Shown here piece after piece: positions 56,661-64,000 of a stretch of 64,000 bases of DNA. Made by a program: the position numbers and the translations under genes. How positions within the stretch are numbered: the stretch's first letter is position 1; every line of letters starts with the position of its first letter. The DNA comes from Octopus sinensis (lineage: Eukaryota), in assembly GCF_006345805.1 (NCBI RefSeq), contig NW_021833276.1, positions 48,857-112,856 of the forward strand, read 5' to 3'. The notes beneath the pieces are model-generated. The model saw only the letters and a program-made list of their open reading frames with translations. It was not told the DNA's origin and made no database searches.

Positions 56661-58616
56661 TGTGATTTCAAACTTCCTGAAGCACAATATGTCGTTGTGG
56701 AATACGAATCTCCAATTATACCACTCTAATGGAGTACTTGCCTCAGAAAATATAAACATCAACTGTGGAATTTTTCAAGGTGACTCACTTTCACCTTTAA
56801 TATTCTGCATAGCCCTAGTACCCCTTACAAGTGAATTAAACAGAACAGGGTATGGGTATAAAATTGCCAATAAAAAAATAAGCCATCTATTTTATATGGA
56901 TGACTTAAAACTTTATGGTAAAGACAATAATGAACTTGAAGGCCTATTGCGCACCGTGAAAGCATTCAGCGATGACATCGGGATGGAGTTTGGACTTGAG
57001 AAGTGTGCCAAGGCCACTTTTCAGGAAGGGAAAGTGAAGACCACAAATTCAATCGTGTTAGATGTTGACACAGTCATAAGAGAGCTTGAGCAAGAACAGA
57101 CATACAAATATTTAGGGATAAATGAAGCTCTGGTATTCAGCATGCAAGCATGAAAGAGAAAATCAGGAAGGAATGTTATAGGAGAGTTCGTGCAGTCCTG
57201 AAATCTGAACTAAATGCACGTAACAAGGTGTTAGCTATAAATTCCTTAGCAGTTCCAGTTGTTACTTATAGCTACAATGTGTTGAACTGGAATATGAGTG
57301 AAGTAAAGAATATAGATAGAAAAATACGCAAGATGCTGAGTTGTAATAGGATGCACCACCCAAGGCAGACGTAGATCGCCTTTACCTTCCCAGAGCCCAA
57401 GGAGGTCGAGGCCTGATCCAATTTGAACTAGCTTACAAAACAACCACAATTGGACTGGCCAAATATCTCGAAATATCGAATGACTGGATGCTAAAGCTCG
57501 TGGAAAATCACGAGAGACGAAAGAAGCTTCATTCTATCATCAAGGAAAGCAAAAAAGTTGCTATTGATCTCGTGCAGGATACCCAAACTGAACAACCCGA
57601 GGGAAGTACGGCAACTATTGTTGCAAAGAAGGTGAAAATGATGGCAATGAAAAAAGCGCACGAGCAATTGGCTGATAGGTGGGAGGAGAAACCTCTGCAC
57701 GGCAAATATGTGACCCGCAGCAAACAAGCTGATGTTGACCAGAAGCAAACCCATCAGTGGCTGCGGAGCTCAGGGCTAAAAGCAGAGAGCGAAGGTTTCA
57801 TCCTGGCTGCTCAAGACCAAAGCCTATTAACCCGGAACTACCAGGCCAATGTGATGAAAGATGGAGCAAACCCAAAATGCCGATTCTGCAACGACATGAT
57901 TGAAACAGTGGACCACCTAATCTCTGGATGTAAAGTCTTAGCACCAGTGGAGTATAAATTAAGACATGACAGAGTTGGCCAATATCTCCACTGGCTAATA
58001 AGTCGGCATTACAATATCAAAACTGCCGACAAGTGGTATAATCACCACCCTGAGGCTGTAACTGAAGGAGAAAATGTAACCATTCTGTGGGACTTTCCAG
58101 TACATACAGACCGAACCATCAAGGCCAATAAACCAGATATTGTTGTGAAAGACCAAAACAATAAAGTTTGCTTATTGATCGACATGAGCATCCCCTGTGA
58201 TCATAATATCTCAGCGAAAGAGTTTGACAAGCTCAGAAAATATAAAGACCTACTCATTGAAATTGAGAAAATGTGGCATCTCAAGGCGGTTACAATACCA
58301 GTGATCGTAGGAGCACTAGGAATGATCAAGAAGGGAACCGAAAATTATATCAGAATGATCCCTGGCTTACCATCCCTGCAAGAAGTGCAAAAGATTGTCT
58401 TAACTGGTACATCACACGTATTGAGAAGAGCATTGTCGATGTGAGAACTGTTGCTGCTCATGTATTTTAATTTAACTTTAAAAAAAAAAAAAAAATGAAC
58501 GAACTACTGAGTTTGGTTTAATGGCCTACCAATATACACTATGAGTTTCTTTGCCCTAGGAGTCGGGAAGATACTCGGCAAGAAATGGAAGAAAATTTGA
58601 AAGAAGAAAAAAAAAG
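56661..58616 (+). mobile_element. Young 5'-truncated R4/Dong LINE (RT C-half, CCHC finger, restriction-like endonuclease) inserted in (TAA)n
   Basis: GIFQGDSLSPL, HLFYMDDLKLY, CRFCNDMIETVDHLISGC, RHDRV, KPDIVV, LIDMSIP, KYKDL. Only two frameshifts (about 57140 and 57360). (TAA)n at 56574-56660 and from 58617. Confidence 0.93.
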
Positions 58617-58703
58617 TAATAACAACAATAATAATAATAATAATATAATAATAATGATAATAATGATATTTATTAATATTGTAAATACATATTTTACCTG
58701 TGA

Positions 58704-58742
<39 letters not shown>

Positions 58743-58828
58743 ATTATTATATTATTATTATTATATTATTATTATTATTATTATTATTTTATTATTATTA
58801 TTAATATTATTATTATTATTATTATTAT

Positions 58829-60188
58829 TCAGTAGTTTTATTTTTATAGCGTGCTTTCACTTCACTACCGAGCGCAGCTTTGTGTGCCTTGGGTATGTGC
58901 TGTGATTTGTTGTGATGCTCTTATTTTTACTGTATTGAAAGTGTTTTACGAATGTTGTGTGCAGTGCCCAGTAGTGCAATTTTCTGTATGTTATATGTGT
59001 TTGTAAGTCCTGGTGTTTTGTTATGTATTTGTCTGGATATCTTTTTATCATGCCTAATGCACCTACTATGATAGGAATTGTTTCTGTTTTTAGATTCCAC
59101 ATTCTGGTTACCTCTATTTCCAGATCTTTGTAATTTGAAAGTTTCTCCATTTCTTTTAGAGACACGTTGTCATCTGCCGGTATTCACAGACATGACAGAG
59201 TTGGAACCGACATACACTGGAAGCTATGCCAACATTATGGAATAATAGAAAGCATTTTTTTCTTCATGATCTCTGACAACTATATCTGGTCTGATGGCCT
59301 TAATTTCTCTATGTGTGTGTATTGGCATATCCCAGAATATGATTGCTTTCTCGTTTTCTGTGACCTTTTCTGGTGTGTGCCTATACCCTCTTTTTTCTGT
59401 TGTTATTCCATAATGTTGGTATAGCTTCCAGTGTATGTCGGTCCCAACTCTGTCGTGTCTGTGAATATATTCCTTCTTAGCCAGGACTGGGAACCCAGAG
59501 ATAATATGGTTAGTTGTTTCTTGTCCATCTCCACATATTCTGCAGTTACTTGTTATATTACACGTTTTTGGTATTTTCTGGTAGGGAGGCTTTGGTCTTG
59601 TGCTGCAATTAAAGATTGCTGGGATTTTTCTTTGTCTATTTCTTTTGCATTTAGTTTAGTCCAGTATTTGCCATGAAGGGGCTTTTCTTGCCATCGTTTT
59701 ATCATTGTTCGTTGCTGTTCTAATTTTAGTTTGGATTTCATTTGTTTTATAGCTTTTGTTGTTTCATCATCTTCTTCATATTTATTAGGTGGTATGATTT
59801 ATTGTTTATATTTGTCAGCTTCCTTAAATACTGAGGACAATTTATTTTGCTCGTGTTTTGCCGCTATTTGTATCAGTTTTCCTTGCTTCTGAAGTAGGTA
59901 TTTTTGCAGTCCTATGGTGGTTATTTTATAATAGTTTTCCAGCTGTATAAGATCTCTACCACATTCTATACGTTGTATATATAGCCTTTCTATGTCAGAT
60001 TTTGGGTGATGTATCCTAGATCCTGTCATTATTTTTCTGTCTATTTTGGTTTGTTCATTTAGCGTCCAGTTAAGGATATTGTTAAGGATATTGTTATAAC
60101 TGGGACGGCTAAAGTGTTAATACCTATTATCTTGTTTGTAGCATTGAGCTCTGTTTTTAGTATTGATCTAACTCGTCTATAGAATTCT
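58829..60188 (-). mobile_element. R4/Dong LINE 3' fragment (thumb-RLE-3' end) flanked by (TAA)n
   Basis: HHPKSDIERLYI, WQEKPLHGKY..AAQDQSLPT, KYKDLEIEVTRMW..IIVGALGMI. The 3' end is ...actactgAATAAT. Confidence 0.85.
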
Positions 60189-60202
60189 TTTATTATTATT
60201 AT

Positions 60203-60278
60203 TCAGTAGTTTTATTTTTATAGCGTGCTTTCACTTCACTACCGAGCGCAGCTCTGTGTGCCTTAGGTATGTGCTGTG

Positions 60279-60281
<3 letters not shown>
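60203..60281 (-). mobile_element. Extreme 3' end (about 80 bp) of the same Dong family, in (TAA)n
   Basis: Near identical to 58829-58910; (TTA)n on both sides. Confidence 0.8.
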
Positions 60282-60369
<88 letters not shown>

Positions 60370-60499
60370 GTTGTTGTTCTTCTTCTTCTTCTTATAATAA
60401 TAATTATTATTATTGTTATTGTTGTTGTTATTATTATTATTATTATTGAGTACCCTTATTTTTATTGCGAATGTTGAAATGTGTGATCACTATTTCTGC

Positions 60500-61330
60500 A
60501 GGAGTCGACGCTGCATTAATTATTTTAGATAGCTTTGGGGTAGATTTTGATAGATTCGTTTGGGGTTAGAGCAGAACCGTTTGTTCTTCTTAATGAATAC
60601 AAACTTCTGGCGATTTAGCGAGAATCTCTTGTTTCAGAAGCTCTTTGATTTTGGATATTTCTCTTTCTGATGTTTCTATTGTATTTTCTCATATTTTCTA
60701 TCAGCTGCGTCGTTTCTTTATTGATTTCATCAAGGACTGGAAGATCTTTCTCTTCTTTTCTTATTTTCTAATTGTTTCTGTATGTCTTATTGTTATGTTC
60801 TTTGAATGTGTTTTTGATATTTGATATGTGAGAAAAAACCTTCTCCTGTGACTGCAGTCTCTGTTGCATATATTAATTCGTTTAACATCATATTATTGTC
60901 CATGCCTTTTATAATTTCATCTCTGATGTCTATATTTATATGTTTTATCAATGTTGCTTTTTATTATTAAATTTTATTTTCTGACGTACTTTCATTGGTC
61001 CATAAATGACCTATTAGTTTTAATTCTTTAATAATTTCAAGCTTTCCATTTTCATGTTCCACCGTTAAAATTTTTTATCCCTATGTATTCTTCATATTTC
61101 ATTATTTATTACAAATTTGTTGGTATTGTTTTAGTTCAACTTTTGTTGATCAGCAGCCTGAAGATATTCTACAGTCTTATTCACTTTTCTTTGAATGGGT
61201 TCTATCTATCTTCATGCCTTACATTTCTAATTTTTTCGTTGTTATTTGTTATGGATTCTTTGTGTTTTCATTATGCTTTTATTCTTTTAAGCATTCTATT
61301 TTCTCTTTGTGATATCATTGACTATGAGAA
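60500..61330 (-). pseudogene. Degraded R4/Dong pre-RT region
   Basis: Minus strand ELLKQEILAK..; NELIYATETAV; resembles the pre-RT region of the 53410-55600 copy. Confidence 0.5.
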
Positions 61331-61912
61331 CGTATCTTGCTAGTCTAGAAATGCTCAATGCTCACGTTTATATCCGGGTAATTTACCTTCTAAACTTCAT
61401 ACGATTATATATCGTCGTGGTTTGATGTTTTCATGAGCTTTTTAAGGCGGGCTGTTTGAGAAATACTTAAAATGTGCATATAGAAGACATACATGTCTAC
61501 TTTGTATCCAAATATTCCTTTCCTGTCATATTTGCACACTTGAACAATAAAAAGCCAGTCATTTATTTAGCTTGTCATCTTTAACTTCGACATTTTTTCT
61601 GTCGATTTGAGCATGCTTTATTTTCCGTGTACCTGGATATCTCTGTAGTTATTTGTAATTCATTAATTTGTATAAAATAAATGATCATAAGTATTACGTC
61701 ATCCGTTAAGCTGATCATTATTTACTTTCGTTTAATTCGCTATTTTCTTTTTTAATCCTTTTTTGCAGCAGTCATTCTGTCATAGCTTAGATTCCTCGTG
61801 TGATAGCAAACTTTCACTCCACTTTTCAAGCTGGACCACATAGTTGTTGAAAGTAAGTTAAATTCAGAAGCCATCAGCGTAACTACTACTACTACTATTC
61901 TACTACTACCCT

Positions 61913-61965
<53 letters not shown>

Positions 61966-61967
61966 TT

Positions 61968-62011
<44 letters not shown>

Positions 62012-62414
62012 TCAGTAGTCTTATTCTTATCACGTGTTTTCACTGCACTACCGAGCGCAGCTCTGTGTGAATGGGTTTGTTGTGATGCACTTATTTTTAC
62101 TGTATTGAAAGTGTTTTACGAAGGTTGTGTGCAGTGCCCAGTAATGCAATTTTCTGTATGTTATATGTGTTTGTAAGTCCTGGTGTTTGTGTTATGTATT
62201 TGTCTGAATATCTTTTTATCATGCCTAATGCGCCCACAATGATGGGGATTTTTTCTGCTTTTAGATTCCACATTAGAGTTACCACTATTTCCAGGTCTTT
62301 GTACTTTGAAAGTTTCTCCATTTCTTTAAGAGAAACCTTGTCATCTGCTGGTATTGATACATCAATTAGAAAGCATTTTTTTCTTCATGATCTCTGACAA
62401 CTATATCTGGTCTG
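62012..62414 (-). mobile_element. R4/Dong RLE and 3' end fragment, followed on the sense strand by (TGA)n rather than (TAA)n
   Basis: EKLSKYKDLEIVVTLMW..IIVGALGMIK..GTAHNLRKTLSIQ*. Confidence 0.85.
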
Positions 62415-63403
62415 TAGTCATCAAAGACTACCTGCCTGATAAGAGTACACTATGCACTTGCATCACAACCGCACGTGCGCGACATGGTGAGCCCATCCCG
62501 CTCAGAAGGTCTCTGAATAAGTGTTGTTTAAGGATGTTTAACTAAGCAGTCATGTTTCCAAAGGTGAATTATTCAAACTCCAAAGAATTCCTCTTAATGC
62601 AGGGCTCCAACAATTATTGGTACTTCTACCACTTTTTTTAATAATAATTTCAATAAAGGTTTACCTATATCAGAGGAGCAATGCTGTTTAGAGTACCAGT
62701 GGCAACCAGAATTTCAACATTCTTAGAGATTCTACGTGAGCTGACAAATATACAACTAATTTGTGAAGTCGAGCGGCTGCTGTAGCGCGTACAACAGATT
62801 CTGTTATTTGCTGATTCAATCTTGAATGTCATACCGGCGCTTTTGTTCGGCCGGGGAGGTCAGACAGTTTTTACTTAGTCTGGAGAAGGACTGAAAATAG
62901 ACGCTTTCCTCCTGAGCTCAGCCTGCATCAACTTCTTCTACTACTGGGAGAGAAATGTGATGCTGGTGAAGAAAGCCAGCGTAGAGGGGAAGGTGTTACC
63001 CTCAGCAATGTATTTCGAGAAATTGGGTGAAAGCAGCGAGGATGGGGTGATTAATAAGCCTTTCTCTAAACATGCACCCGCATTGGTCAAAGAATATAAC
63101 CGACTGAGCACATGATTTACGAAGCAAAGGTAACCCGAAATCTGCCTGGTTACCCCTTTGACTTCAATGCAGTTGTCTCGCTAGTGAGACGTTTCGCTTA
63201 CTTTTTGCCTATCATGTTGTTTTTCACGGCTGTTTTCTAACAGGGGATTGTGTATCACCGTCGACCCCTCTCCTGTTCACGATACCCCAATAACCGCGTC
63301 AAAGTGTCCGCCGTCTTGTAATTTGTCTCCGTAATGTCTCTCAACCGTCGCCCTTGTGGAAAACCTTTATAGAAATTATTATTAATCATTATTATTATTA
63401 TTA

Positions 63404-63471
<68 letters not shown>

Positions 63472-64000
63472 TATTATTATTATTGTTGTTGTTATTGTTG
63501 CTGCTGCTATTGTTGTTGTTGTTGCTGTGTTGTGTTTTTCTTGCTTTTATAATTTTCGCTGTCGTCGTTGTCATCATTGTTGTTGATGTTGTTGCTGCTG
63601 TTGCTGTTATATTAATATTATGTTCATTTTATTAATATTATTATTAATATTGTTGTTTAAACTTTCAAAATGTCTAACTTAATTGAATATTGAAACTTAA
63701 TATATTATAATAAAATATAATATAAAGTTTGTTGAGGTTTTTTTTTCCTTCTATTCTATAAATTACAATCCGACTCTCTGAAAACTGAGTCGTCTATACA
63801 AGTAATGTTTTATAAGGTTTTAAAGTAAGTTTAGTGCGGCATTCAATTCCATTTTATCAAATCCTTAGAGAACCACCGTTTTTTAATCTATACACTATAC
63901 AAGTTACACACAACTCATGGTTTATGAGGTATCGAGAGGGCATCAACATATCGCCACACCAGCTAAAAGCAGCAGCCGATTCTTCTGCAACTGACGCCTT

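Noticed and set aside
62690-63350. Unique-looking, higher-complexity sequence
   Set aside because: I could not recognise an ORF, repeat structure or RNA motif; the GAAACGTC at about 63187 (minus) lacks a hammerhead core.

Overview
This is an AT-rich, microsatellite-saturated animal genomic window. Its SINE and repeat content resembles octopus, which is an inference and not proven. I found no convincing host gene; almost everything identifiable is transposon-derived. (1) Five pieces of a Tx1/L1-clade LINE (CCHC ORF1; APE endonuclease-RT-Zn ORF2). Every outer terminus visible in the window abuts a sense-strand (TATC)n array, which suggests a (GATA)n-microsatellite-specific retrotransposon. Two copies are fused tail-to-tail into an imperfect palindrome of about 9.2 kb (33546-42774). 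(2) About 11 fragments of R4/Dong-type RLE LINEs between 47.4 and 62.4 kb, many embedded in sense-strand (TAA)n. A non-coding element of about 480 bp is anchored in the same repeat. (3) Penelope-like elements (RT + GIY-YIG) and several minimal type I hammerhead ribozyme motifs, read by eye from the sequence. These include U3-A8 core covariants and a fold-back element with a hammerhead on each strand. (4) A mariner DD34D relic, a DD37D (maT-like) fragment, mariner-derived MITEs, a non-autonomous Helitron, a CR1 3' fragment, tRNA-derived SINEs and many simple repeats. All coding regions are pseudogenised or truncated. Boundaries of degraded fragments are approximate.
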